A DNA stretch of 64,000 nucleotides, from assembly GCA_964247055.1 (NCBI GenBank), contig OZ176051.1:3286001-3350000 (forward strand). The letters are read 5' to 3'. Below are positions 12,211 through 25,645 of the stretch, piece after piece. This DNA is from Paragordius varius. Its lineage: Eukaryota; Animalia; Nematomorpha. Positions within the stretch are counted from its first letter, which is position 1, and the number at the start of each line of letters is the position of its first letter. The notes under the pieces were generated by a model. That model did not search any database, was not told the DNA's origin, and saw only the letters and a program-made list of their open reading frames with translations. Both the position numbers and the translations under genes were made by a program.

Positions 12211-15200
12211 ATGATAACATACAAAAAATTACATCCAAAAATGCGTAAAACATATTCTAGACGGGATTTTTACTCTCGAAAACGTTCTTCTTTAAATGAC
12301 TTATTGCCACCCTGGCAAAGAAATGTTTCAGAAAAAGATTTATCTTTAGCCAAATGCAATAGTTTTACGACAACGTTACCCTTTTCGGATCTTAGCAGTG
12401 GAGATTTAAAAACTCCGAGTGCTAAAAATGATGTTGATATAGGGAAGAAACTAAACGAAGTTAGGGAAAAGGTTCATAAGCTACCAGAAAAAGGTGCCAA
12501 ATTTTTCCAGAGTGTTGAGTTATTATCACGTAAAGTTTTGCCCCTCAAAAAAATATCTTCCTTTGAAAGTGATTCCAAAAACAAAGACGCCACTCATCAA
12601 GACTTGGCAAAAAATAGCATAGATGATGCAGGTCAAAATCGTTCGCTTGATATTGAGGAAAGTGATGATATAAATCACACACGATCCTTGCTGGGTGAAA
12701 TAAAATTATCAATTTTCTACGATATTTTACATCAACAATTGCATGTAAAAGTTATCCGGGCTGAACATTTACGCAAAACACAAAGCAGATATAAAAAAAT
12801 GATTGAAAACATAAAAGCCTCTTTCAATTACGAATTGTTAGTTTATAATTTTGTAAACAAATCGTCCTTAAATTCGGATGATGAAAATACATCAGATACC
12901 CCTAAAGATTCTTTATATTCACTTTCTGACTCAAAAAACTTAAGTGCGGACGATGATAATGCACCTATAGAAAACTATCCAAACCCCTTCATTAAGATTA
13001 TAATCCAATGGCCGAGTGGCAAATTTAAACAGAAAAGCAAGTGCCCAGAAAAATTTAAACACACTCAAAATCCTGTATTCGGGGAGGAGTTCGTTTTTAA
13101 ACCACTATCCATAAATGAAATTAACGACAGCCAATTAATAATCATGATAATGGACAAAATAACTTCTTGGAAGGACAATGTTATCGGAGAAGTTGTAATT
13201 CCACTTCACGCAAATTCCTTCATGTACGAAAAAAGGTTTTGGAGAGAATTGACTCCTTTAACCATTAAAGAAGTATGTGTGCTTGATGTTGTAAGATATA
13301 GCATAGAATATAAGTTTTTTTAAATTTTTTCACATATTAAATTCTTTATTTTGACTTAAAAACTATAATACTTATTTGATCACCAAATTCATCAAGATCC
13401 AAAGTGAGATAGAGGATTCGTTCTTTCTATGTCGAGATCGCGCCTTTATAAAAAAGGAAAAAGAGAAACTTAACTGTGTGCAAATTAAAACAATTTAACA
13501 ATGCTGTCAGTTTTATGAAAAATGAAAAGTTTATAGTTTTACAAAATATAAAGCGTTAACATTAAAAGTTCAAAAATTATAACATTGTGACACCTTAAAA
13601 GTTTATATTTGACTCGGATGAAATGGGTTATTTAGTTTTGAACATAAAAAGTTAAGAACTTTATGTGATAGCTAAACATTTTCAGACAAAACTGATTATT
13701 TGTTATTTTTTCACATTTTTTTACCCCAATAAAAAAATTTACGAAATTCTCTTAAATGCATTTTCAAAAAATGTGATTTTTGCATATTAGACGCTTCACT
13801 TTATAAACGTCGAATTTGAAACACAAGCTTACAAATTTATGTTTTTTCCATCATTTGATTGCAAAGTTTTTAATTCATAAATCTAAATGAAAATTGGAAA
13901 AACAATATTCCAATGTACAGATCATTTATTAAGTTTTAAATTTTCTAGGTTGTATATGCGTAACAAATATAAAAAATGAATTAGAAATGTTTAAACACAG
14001 TGTCCACAAAAACCTGATAAAATATATATTTTGATGGGAAAATGTATTATAATGGTGCTTTTGGTTGGCTTTTACGAGTGATTTTAGAGAGTTATTTACA
14101 CTTTTGTGGTAAATTGTCCATATCGGAAATAGGCAAAATATGCGCACATTAATTAATTTTTTTGGTGAAAGTTAGAGGTTTCATTCCAAAAAATATCACT
14201 AAAATATATTAACTACATATAAAAAGCTAAATATTTTTTTTAATTTTTTTAATTTTTAGATGTGGGCTCCGAAAGTCCCAAATTTTATTGCTCTTTTAAA
14301 AAAGGCTGGTCCTCTTAAAATAAAGCAAAAATGCCGAGATTGCGCGATAAAAAATTTAAATATCTGCATAAATTTTGACATCAACTATTTAAAAAAATGC
14401 ATACTTTATTTAAAAAAAATTAATTTTAGGCGAAAATATGTTGAAGCATACTTAATATTATTTTAATTTATGATGGAAACATTTTAAAACGCTTTAAATT
14501 AAAAAAAATGTTAATAAATGATATATTCGATAGCCAAAAGTTTCAGGATAATGAATATTAAAATAATATATGCGGTTGAATTACTAGAAAAAAGTTATTT
14601 CAATTACTCTGTTATTAGCCAAAATCAAATCGCATATTTATCGCCTATTAGGTCAAATATAAATACAATAGATAAAAACGCGTCAACTAAATTTTATTTT
14701 TTTAAATATACCAGAAGGATAAATTAAACTCAAAATATTATCAATAAAAATTTTACATTTTTCCGAGAGTCTAAGAAAGACTTACTATACCATTTGCACT
14801 TCAAGAGTGTCCTTGAAAACTTCAAGTTGGTCCTTGAACAGTTCAAGTTGGTCCTTGAACAATTCAAGTTGGTCCTTGAACAATTCAAGGTGGTCGGTCC
14901 CTGAACAGTTCAAGTTGGTCCTTAAACAATTCAAGTTGGTCCTTGAACACTTCAAGTTGGTCCTTAAAATTTATAAATTTTGATTTAACCATAATTTTTG
15001 CATTTATTTTAATTTTATTATTTATTAACCTATTTTCTTTATTTATTATATATTTATTCATTTGAATATAAAATTTTTTATTGAAAAACCACTTTTTTGT
15101 TTCAAACTATTTTTTTTCAATTAAACAAAATTATTGACTTTTAAATGTTATTAATAAAAAATTTTAATTAATAACCCAGAAAACTTATATTATCTTTCAT

Positions 15201-18200
15201 TTCGTTTTAAAATCTTATAAATATCCAATATTTTAATAAATTAATAAAGATATGCGGTTTCTCAAAGATTAAAAGTTGATATCGATTTAAAATTTATGTT
15301 AAATGATAGAAAATAGGTTAAAAACAATAAAATAGATGAATTATTTACGATTTGATCGATAAAAGTTAAAACAAAAAAATCAAACGACCAACTTGAAGTA
15401 AGGACCAACTTGAAATGTTCAAGGACCAACTTGAAATGTTCAAGGACCAACTTGAACTGTTCAAGGACCAACTTGAACTGTTCAAGGACCAACTTGAAAT
15501 GTTCGAGGACCAACTTGAAGTGTTCAAGGACACTCTTGAAGTGCAAATGGTATATAATATAAGCGAAAAAATCCCACTTTGGCGTCAAATTTGAATGATA
15601 AAATCTTGTTAATATGCGGTAAAAGTTTATTTTTATTATAACCATATGTTAACTCAATATATAGAGTTTGCCCAATATATTGCCTTCAAAAAATTAAGCC
15701 TTAAATAAAAATGAAACTTTTTTGATGATTTACGCCAAAGCGGAAGCTGCGTTTAATTTTTACAAAACATTCAATATATATACGTTGTGCAAAAAAGAGG
15801 GTCATTTTGATTTAACGAAATTTTTTTTCATGAGATAGCTTATGGCCAGCGTATTCATTTGCCGCAAAAATTTTTATTTGATGACAACCTAGTTTTTGAA
15901 ATATTGAGAGAAAATCGAAGTCGGACAAAAAGTGAAAATTAAAGATAATTCAAAAAATAATAATAAAATTTTAAATATTATGGTTTATTATCATGAGATA
16001 TTTTCAATATATAAATAGCCTTAAATCATATAGTTTGGGTTTCTATAAAATTTCAGGTCAAAAGATGGCGTTTTTCTTTTATCGCACTTAAAAGACAAAA
16101 TAAATTTAATGAAACTATATTAAAATATTTTTTTTAAATATTTACTACCTAAACTCACTATTAAAATTTTAACATTCATATTTTATTCAGGAAAATAAAG
16201 TTCTATATCAAAATAAAACCAAAAATATTGTTTTTTATTTTTGCATTTTTTGTCATCTGGTTTATGAGGGTATAACAATTTTAGACTGTTTTATTTTGGA
16301 TTCTCACATAATAGGGATTAATACGTAAATAATTTATGCAAAATAGGATTTAAAAGTAGTGGAATATCAACCAAAAAATCCTTAAATTTCCTCTAACAAG
16401 TCTGTTTTATGACAAATTAATAGTTGTATTGGGATTTGTACGGATTGTTGGTTGATAATTCACTAATTTTCAATTCTATTTTGCATAAATTATATACTTA
16501 ATAATTCCTAATCATGTGAGAATCCAAAAAACAGAATAAAATTTTTATACACTCATAAACCAGATGACAAAAAAATGCAAAAATAAAAAACAATATTTTT
16601 GGTTTTATTTTGATATAGAAGTTTATTTTAAGATTTTAATAGTGAATTTAGGTAGTAAATAATTAAAAAAAATTATTTTAATATAGTTTCAAAAAAAATT
16701 GTCTTTTAAGTGTGTGTTAAAAGAAAAACGCCATTTCTTGAGCTGAAATTTTATAGAAACCCTAACTATATGATTTTATGCTATTTATATATTATATATC
16801 CTAAAATGATGATAACCATAGTATCTTAAATTTTATCATTGTTTTTTGAATTATCCCTAATTATCCTTAATTTTCACTTTTTGTCTGATTTCGATTTTCT
16901 CTCAATATTTCAAAAACTAGGTTGTCAACAAATAAAAAATTTTGCGACAAATTAATACACTGGCTATAGGCTATCTCATCAAAAAAAAAATTTTCGTCAA
17001 AAATTTTTTTGCACACAGTGTATATACATATATATATATTATAAGTACCTTTTCCAAATTCGATGCAGAAAGAAGATCATCATCTCAGTATATTTTAGGG
17101 AATTTTTTCCCAAAATCTTGATTATATATTTTTGGCGCCATTTTAGCTTTTAATACCGGCTTTAAGGCATAGAAACTCTCCAAATCAAAAAAACTGAGTC
17201 GATAGATCCTTTTTTCTGCATCGAATTGTTTGAAAAAGGTATTTATCATTTTTAAAGTGGATGTTTTGTAAAAAAATATGCGCAGCTTCTGCATTGGTGC
17301 AAATTAAAAAAAAATATTTTTTAATTAAGGTTAATTTTTTTAAAAGCGAAAATTAAATCTTTTACAGCATATTAACAAGTTTTAATCATTCAAATTTGAC
17401 GCCAAGGTGCTATTTTTTTGTTTTACTTGTACTTTCCAAGACCCTCCTGTATGAAAAATCTTGATAGATATTATTTAGCGTTTAGAATTATCCTTATGAT
17501 ATATAAACAAATGAAATTTAGTTGACGCGTTTTCATTAATTGTATAAATGCGATTTTTTGATGGCTAATAACAGAAAAATTAAATTAACTTTTTTTAGTA
17601 TTTTAACCGCATATATTATTTTGATTTTCATTATCCTGAAACTTTTATCTCTCGAATATATAATTCATTAACTTTTATTTTTAATCCCCATTTTTGCCAC
17701 AGTGTAAAAACACTTCTATATAACTCGATGATGACATTTTATCACTTCAAAATTCAAATTTAAAAGTTTGTTTGCTAAAACATTTTGGCGAATTTTTTTA
17801 TATAAAAAACAATATTTATTACTTAATTTTGAACACGAAGTAGTATTTTATTCCATATTCTGAGGCAATAGAAATGTTCAGCATCGACTATAAGAAAAAG
17901 TGTTTTATGGTATTTTAAAGCGTTTATAAACCTTTTTCATATGACTCAAAAGAAGTACGGTTACACAAAATTTAGCTAAAAATTAAATTTTTGAAAAAAG
18001 GCATTTTTTATTAATATTTTTAGTTGATATCAAAATTAGCATATATTTATTATTAAGGCGCAATCTTGGCATTTTTGTGTAAATTTAAAATAGTAACCCT
18101 TTATTCAAGAACAAAAAAATCAGACTTTCGGAGCCCAAATCTAAAAAATAAAATTTTTTAAAATATATAACTTTTTTATGTAGTTTATGATATATTTTAG

Positions 18201-21200
18201 TGATATTTTTTGGAATGAAGCCTCTAGTTTTCACCAAAAATATTTAATAATGTGCGTAAAATTCGCCATTTTCTGATATAGAACACTTACCACAAAAGTG
18301 TAAATAACTTTCTTAAATCACTCGTCAGACCAAACGCACCATGATAATCCTGATATATATTCCTATCAGATATATATATATATTTCATCAGGTTATTTTT
18401 TGATACCTCCGATTATGGCAGTGGATATTGTCCAAAATATGAGATGTAATATTTTACGTTTGAGATGTTTTTGTAAATTATTAACCTAGATTTAACATCG
18501 GATGTTTTTATTAAGGTCGAACTATAAAAATATTTGTAATAGATCGATTTTTAAAGGAATATAAATCCAAAATTGACAAAAAATATTTATAAAAATAATT
18601 ATAAACCAAAAACTTTGTGACTTTTTTAACTCCGTTATAGTCAATTTATGCTTTTCACATTTTCATGGTATATTATATAAAAGAATGTGATTTTAGTTAA
18701 ATAGCCAAATCAAACTAAGTTTCCGAATAGATTTTAACTTGAAAAAGATGACAATCAATATTGTGCAAATAAAAAAACTTCCAAACAATTATGCCTCCAA
18801 AGTATCTGGTATCACCTTTTAACTAAATAATTTTTAACTACATATTTACCTTTTTAAATTAAACCTATATTCAATTATATTAAAAAGCTTTCATATGTAA
18901 TTAATAAACTATTAAATAGATAACCTTTTAATTTAATTTTAGATTATTACGTTGCAATAACATTTATTGAAAACGGAGTCCCCGTTCAAAACAAACACAC
19001 AAAAAAACGAATGTCATTAAATCCTATTTTTAAGGAGGCCTTTTCTTTTAAGTTCGAATATGATGAAGGTACATATTTTCCATAATGTGTCATTGGATGT
19101 CTGTATTATACGTTTTAAAAGATTAATTTAAAAGAAAAAGTGAATAATGGGCTTTGCGAAGATAGCGGGTCAAACACCGCGCAAGAGAAACGCTACTATC
19201 TTAAAAAAATAATTTAAACTACCTAAATTATTTAGATAAGTTTTAGTTCAAATAAAAAATTATGAAAGTATTTGCCATTTTTATTTAAAAACAGTTAAAA
19301 AAATATGTTTTTTGGATTTTACGGCTAAACTAATTATAAATACATTAGCGTAAATCGCGTGCTACTACGCAGCCCGAGGAAGTCCTTCGGACTTTTGGGG
19401 CTATTTGAAAAAAGGGACAATAAAATGATCCACATATGTGGATTATTTCGAAACATTATATAATAGCTATGATCGCACAGGAATTTTAAAACGGTGCATT
19501 CATACTAATATATTGTTTACTTGGGAGAAAAATAGATTCAAAAAATTATTTTTGTGGACTTTGTTTTTTTGAAAAAAATGGCATATTACGGGGGGAGATG
19601 GTAAAAAGAGGGCCTAAATTAAAAAAGCGACCCGACTATGTTCGGCGCAATCAAAAATAACTAAAAAATTATATTTGAAATTGAATGGTCCAACACGTTC
19701 TCCAGAAAATTGTCTCAAAGACACGATTTTTGTCGACTTCTGTTTGCAAAAAACCCGTTTTTTACACGAGGTGGGCCCGAACTGGGGGCCTAATTCAAAA
19801 AAATGATTGAAGCTATTGTCGGGGCATTTATTAATGATTATATTTTTTCGACATTTGGATTTGAATGGGTCTACCGGTTTTCCGGAAACAGATCACAAAG
19901 CCAGCATTTTCCATTTTTATAAATATATAGATTAATTATGGGATAGGAATTAGCAATATTCATTCATTAATAAATCTAAATTATTGGCTTCATGTAAACC
20001 ATGAAATAAGTAATTACAAATTATTTGGTGATTATTTTAATATTTTAATGAATAAGTGATATAATTTTTGAATTCAGTACATTGAATATTTCATAAAATT
20101 TATGAATTTGGCCTGAGGTCGGCAATGATCTTAATTAGTATTGTGACATGTTAACATAAAATGTATTTAGATGATACAGCGTGTGTCCACGATTTTATAC
20201 GGATTTTTGTAGCTATGAAATTTAATCCCCAAAAACGTGGAAACTGATTGATTCTAAAACTTATATCATTTTAAATACGATTTAAAAATTAATTTGAATG
20301 AAGTAATAAAAACCAGAGTTCGTTAATCTTCAAAGCATACCAAAAATATTTCATATTTAAAATTCAAATTTTAAATAAATTAATACTAGCACATGTATCA
20401 TCGTAGTCATTTGAAAAAAATGCCTTATTTAAAATACATTATATCAATCATTTATTTTACTATGAATATACCAACAAAAATGCAAACAATTTATTTATTA
20501 TCTTAATGGATTGAAACATAGTTTTAAACTTTTGGCGTAAAAAGGCATAAAATTAGGTTTAGTTTTTTAAAAGTCACTGGGTAGATCTGTCCTCTGTAAA
20601 TTTTATATGTTGGGTAAATTTCTACCCTGTTAAAAAAGCCGCTACATAAAAAATCTAGACTTAGAGGTGATTGTGACCCAAGTTATTCAGTGCGTCAAAT
20701 GTTAGCGGTAATTTTCACATTTGGCTGTGTTTAGCCCAACCCGCTGTATGCGATTTTTGCCAAATAACTTATTGTCAATCATAAAAACGTCCCCACATGT
20801 TAGTCAGAAAAAGCAAATAGCCCAGTTAATATATCCCACTAAACGTAATTTTTTTCAAAATGCTTATTTATTTCTTACACACTCATCTCTATATATTAAA
20901 AATGTAAAATGTTGGCTTTGAAGCCATTGGAAAGTCGTGAGACTCATTCAGATGCAATTTATTTTGAATGCGCCAAACGTAGTCGAGCCTTTTTATTGAA
21001 TGTGTAATAATAATAGATTATCACAAATATTGTTGGAGAGCTTTGATTAATAATAATGGCATTAATGTAATTAAAAGAATAAAAAGCTCAAGGGAATGGG
21101 AAGATACATTTTTATTTGTACTCATAATCTTTTCATTTGCACCTTTTTTGCCTCTTCATTTTTCTTTACAAAATAAAATTTGGACTACGTGATGGCGATC

Positions 21201-22124
21201 CGTGACAGCGCATAGCTATTATTATTACTATAAATACATAAATCTTGTATGTCAAGAATTGCGGTTTTTTAACATCCTTTATATAGCGTTCGATTCCAAA
21301 AAATTTTCACACAAAGCCCGTCATTCATTCTGCCTAAAAATTTGCTTCCAAAACATACAAACGGATCCAAAATTTAGACACACTATTCATGTTACGTAAA
21401 ATAAAAATTTTGTTTTTTTAAGTATTTGAAATACAATGATTGGTTTTGTGTCCCATTGTTAATAAATATGGCCTTTCAATAATTTACGCTTAAAAATTCT
21501 TTGTGCGGAATCTAATAACTTTTTTGTTTTTATCAAGTTTTTTTATTTTTTATTATAATTGTCACCCAGAGTTTATATAGTTTTGTGTGCGCTTTTGGTT
21601 CTATAAAATGAGATCAAATTTGAATCATTTTTATTAAAATGAAAAAACTAAATTAATTTTAAATGAGAATTTTGTTTTTTTAACAAAATCGCCATTATAA
21701 AATTTAAGAATATCATAGTTGGCACCTTATTACATTATTTATTTTTTAATTATATTGCTATAAATATTAAAATAATTTAACTTAAAAATGTTGTTGTATA
21801 ATGATAATTTTAGATAAATTTTGTGAGAAAACTATGGAGGAACTTCCTCATATTGCCTCCGATTCTAACAAACTACAAATTAGTTATGCAAAAGCTCTTG
21901 ACCTTTGTATTATTAATCGCATGGACCTCCGCAAAATTATTCTGGCCAAAATGGGACTTTGGTTTACTGTTTATCAAGTTTATTGGATGAATGTACAAAA
22001 AATAATTGGCCAAGTGAAGTTAGGTTGGGGTTCCACTGAAAACTCGGAAATCGAACAATGGATGGAAGCAGTAGAGAATCCGGGATTAGATATTATAATG
22101 TGGCACCATATCATGGAAGCTTAA
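12211..22124 (+). CDS. Synaptotagmin-like tandem C2A-C2B protein, no transmembrane segment seen
   Basis: Exons 12211-13272, 18697-18808, 18943-19068, 21814-22124 with compatible phases (0,1,1). C2A LGEIKLSIFYD...NPVFGEEFVF...IGEVVIPL; C2B LNSQIKLSFR...SDYYVAITF...NPIFKEAFSF...IIGQVKLG...WHHI. Confidence 0.85.
14786..15554. mobile_element. TA-flanked TIR element (family B) with about 8 copies of a 21-bp repeat in each arm
   Basis: TATACCATTTGCACTTCAAGAGTGTCCTTGAA is mirrored exactly at 15523-15554; unit TTCAAGTTGGTCCTTGAA(C/A)A(G/A/C); AT-rich core. Confidence 0.9.
15783..17020. mobile_element. TA-flanked foldback MITE with about 600-bp arms and a spacer of about 50 bp
   Basis: TA-CGTTGTGCAAAAAA...TTTTTTGCACACAGTG-TA; arms align nearly continuously around centre 16381-16431. 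Confidence 0.85.
19140..19910. repeat. GC-richer repeat element with an internal degenerate direct duplication (about 180-bp period)
   Basis: GGGCCTAA(A)TT(C)AAAAAA...TTGAATGG...AGAAAATTG/GGAAACAG occurs twice (about 19611-19735 and 19795-19910); hairpin AAGTCC-TTC-GGACTT at 19380-19394. Confidence 0.5.
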
Positions 22125-22789
22125 ATGTATATCGATTACATAAAATTATTATATTCAAACCTAAAATAAAAATTTATTAAATATTGTATTAACTATCAAA
22201 TAAAAATAATTTATTAATTACTATATGGCGATTCGTCAAATTGGGTATTGATTTTTATATATAGCCAAGCGTAAAAAAATAAGCTAATTATGTTATTAGC
22301 GAAAATCCTATATCCTAGGTGCCTTCCAAGATAGTTTATGATATACACGAAATTATATTTTCTTCGAAACAAAAATTGAGCTGGTTAAAAATCCAAGACT
22401 ATATATACATATGCAAAAAAACATATTTTTATAAAACATTTAACAAATTAAATAACAATTCCTTAACATTTCGACTAATCTCTCCCCAAAATTTTTAATT
22501 AAATATATATCAAAGCTCGGCTTTCAGACAAAAAATATTCCTTTAACGGCACTTTAAATATTTGATATGTACAGCATAACTTTTACAAACTTTTAAAAAA
22601 TTTACTATTTATGATTCGATCATATCCGCAAAATTAGCATCATTAAATGTCTCTTGCCAAAGCTGTGATAACTTTATTAATCTAGATATTAACTCCAAAA
22701 AACGCTTTTTTAAAAAATCCATCGAAGCCATATTGGAAAATTTATTATAAATATACGATATTAACACTTGGATACAACACACTCATTTT

Positions 22790-23350
22790 AGTCCTTCGAT
22801 TCAAATTGGGGTAGTTGGATACCCCAGGCTTGTTTAATATCAAATACTTAAAAAGTATGGAAGGAATGGAAACCATGGCAAAATTTTACATTTATATAAC
22901 ATTGATAAACTGAAATATATAAAAAAATTTATTCAAAAATACTTGATATTACTTATTTTAATCTAAAACCGAAAGGTAAATATTTCGTCAACGTGACACG
23001 TGTCAAATTGTAAAATTAAAAAATATTACTAAATAAACCGCTTTTTCTATTTCTATCAATGTTAGATGTAATTTATATAAAAATGATAGCTTTAGTTTTA
23101 CCCTTAAAATTAAATGAAGACGATATTTTGCAAAAATTTTGTAAAATAAAAATGGCGTCGAAGTAGTTTAAGATGGAAATTTTTTTTCAAAACAAAATTT
23201 TATTTAGGTATTTTGGCATATTTATATAATTTTTATCAGGATAGAAGCATAAATTTAAATTGGGACCGTTTCCTTCAGTAGTTTTTTTAAAAATATTAAT
23301 TTAAATTTAGTCTGGGGTATTTAGATACCCCATGAATCGAAGTGTTAATC
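22790..23350. mobile_element. MITE whose ends each carry a GGGGTA-N-TACCCC palindrome; internal part repeated inverted at about 40000-40200
   Basis: CTTCGATTCAAATTGGGGTAGTTGGATACCCCAG versus CTGGGGTATTTAGATACCCCATGAATCGAAG; ACGATATTTTGCAAAA...AATGGCGTC is mirrored at 40021-40066. Confidence 0.6.
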
Positions 23351-23689
23351 TCTCCTTCATATCTAAAAAAATAACTGGATAAAATTTTAATATATATAAT
23401 ATGCCCTAAATATGCTAGATGAGTGAAACTTACAAAAAAATGGACGGGCCCAATAAAGTATTTTTTGTCTCAAGGGCTGCGCACCATATAGTACCGATAA
23501 TATTGCATATAATTTGACACATGTGGATATATAAATGTTAGTAGTAGATTTTAGTGGATCGCATATGGATCATATAATGTTTTGTAAGAGGAAAATTTAG
23601 ACATATCCTTAATTGTTGATCAGAGAACTGACTTTTTTTCAATTGTCATAACATTAATGTATAAAATTTATCAAATAAAAAGATTTTAT

Positions 23690-24230
23690 GATATCACTCT
23701 TTCGAGCGGATATTTGTAAGCTATTTCGCCATAGAATCCAGTCTATTGCGCCCTCGCCTTTTAGGCTCACTTTTGCCATTTCTTAACATATAAGCATCGC
23801 GTTTTAGGACGTCATCTTCCCTTTTTACCTTTCACAATTTAATCATCAATCTTTCTACCAATTTAATTATTATCTCTTCTTTCTACATGTCCAAACCTAA
23901 GACTCTTTAACATAATTTTTTGAGTTATCGGCTTGAATTCCTATAATTTTTCACCATATCTTTCCTCGTTACACCATATATCAATCTTAACATTATCATG
24001 CAGTAACTTCAAAATGCCTCTCTTCTAATTTCTTTAATCCATGTCTGTGAGTTGCACATCATTGTTGGCTGTACAACAGCACTGTAGATCCTACCCTTGA
24101 CTTTTAGATCAATATATTTAATGCACAAAACATGTGAGATCTTTTTTAATTTACCCAACTTTCCGAATTCTTGAATTTTCTTTGTGGTATGATTGCGTAA
24201 TCCTCTTTGTATTTCATTTCTATCTTAAAA
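23690..24230 (-). mobile_element. 5'-truncated, decayed RTE-clade LINE (3' end)
   Basis: Translates to VLC...LKVKGRIYSAVVQPTM...MLRLIYGVTRKD, the typical RTE C-terminal region; many stops. Confidence 0.8.
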
Positions 24231-24419
24231 GTTTTCAAATTTAATGGATTGTGAAGTGTCGTTCTATTTTATATTTTATAGATTTTTGTTTTAAAACGAG
24301 GTAAAAAACGTTCCCTTATTGAAATAGCGATATTCATCCGATAATTCCCTTTTTATAGCAATAGATGCTTTTTTAATATTGAATAATATTATTAGTGAAA
24401 ATTTTTTAAGAAATCAGGA

Positions 24420-24790
24420 ATATATATGAACCAAGCATTAATTAAAACAGACTTTAAATTTGAAAAATATTATGTATCTAATCAGAAATTATTTATCAGT
24501 ATATGGCAATCCTTCAATAAGTTAAGTAAGTTCAGGGCCTTAAAAAGCACTTTTAGGACCCACGCGGCCCAATATGCTAGATTTAACAAAAAAAAAAGTA
24601 ATAAAAACGCATACTTTACTTTAACACTCAAATTTTGGCAAAATTATGTTGAACCGTATTTTATAGTGTTTGAAGAAAACAACTTTTCATCATGATGCTG
24701 AACATTTCTATCATCTCAGATTTTAAATTATGAATTTCGTTTATTTCTACAAAGTAAACAAATAAATTGTGAATAATTTGGGCTATAAAA
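24420..24790 (+). mobile_element. Family A internal fragment
   Basis: Aligns with 14260-14480 and shares GATGCTGAACATTTCTAT with the reverse complement of 17870-17890. Confidence 0.55.
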
Positions 24791-25645
24791 AGTCTTATGA
24801 AAGGTATTTTTTTTATTTACTTGATAAGCAAAAATGCTCGATATTATAAATGAAAAATATCAAGATATCTTGATTTCTGAAAAAGACACAGTAACTTGTA
24901 AAGCATAGCAATGAGGGAAAAATAACTAACATAAATTAAAAAACCACCATTTATTAGTTGTGTGTGTAAATACAGAGCACTATACGGTTTTTTGACATGG
25001 ATTAAACTTTACATATTTTTTGAAATACTTACAAAATAAATATTATCTTACCTTAAAAAAATGGTTTTTGTAGATCGATGTATATATATATATATATATA
25101 TTGATTATCATGCATAGCATTGTGCTTTTTGCCATTAAAATGATTGAAACTTAGATAAAACACCTTTCTAAACCAAATATCTTCCTATCAATTGGGTAAC
25201 AAAAAGTTTATACCTATATAAACAATGTTTGCATTAAATCAAAAAATGCCTTGGGCATTTATTAATAAAAATAATACACTTTTAAGAAATATAATATCCA
25301 GTTTAACAACCTATGTGCCATCTGTCTCTCTACCATTTTTCATTTTTTTGGACAAAATTTTTTAAAAAAAGCTTGCATAATAATGTTTATTTATATATCT
25401 TTAGTTCCCCTTTCACTTTAAGTCAACGGTTTATTGTCGCCAATTTTGTCAAGCATATATATATCGTTCCCCAGAATATTCAGTGTAAATAATAAAAAGA
25501 TAAATTATATGTATATTTTAATATCCCTTTAGATATATCTGTTTTAGTTTATAACCTCAACGTGATAATTACCCTTTAATCTTAATTTTTAATTTAATAC
25601 CAAAAAAAACTTGTTAAATTTTCGTATATTTTATTTAAACCAGCG

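Larger units (their letters stand above)
13996..18411. mobile_element. Family A foldback element (fold centre about 17130) carrying two nested palindromic insertions, within synaptotagmin intron 1
   Basis: 14000-14780 pairs with 17450-18400, 15560-15775 pairs with 17255-17450, and 17045-17110 pairs with 17185-17245. Confidence 0.8.

Noticed and set aside
14800-14970. CRISPR-like array reading of the 21-bp repeats
   Set aside because: Only 3 variable nt between units, no unique spacers, no cas genes, eukaryotic context, and the array is mirrored as a TIR.
15262-15645. 127-aa ORF with heptad repeat (LEHFKLV)n that looks like a coiled coil
   Set aside because: It is the translation of the 21-bp TIR repeats of the family B element; the mirror arm encodes the same.
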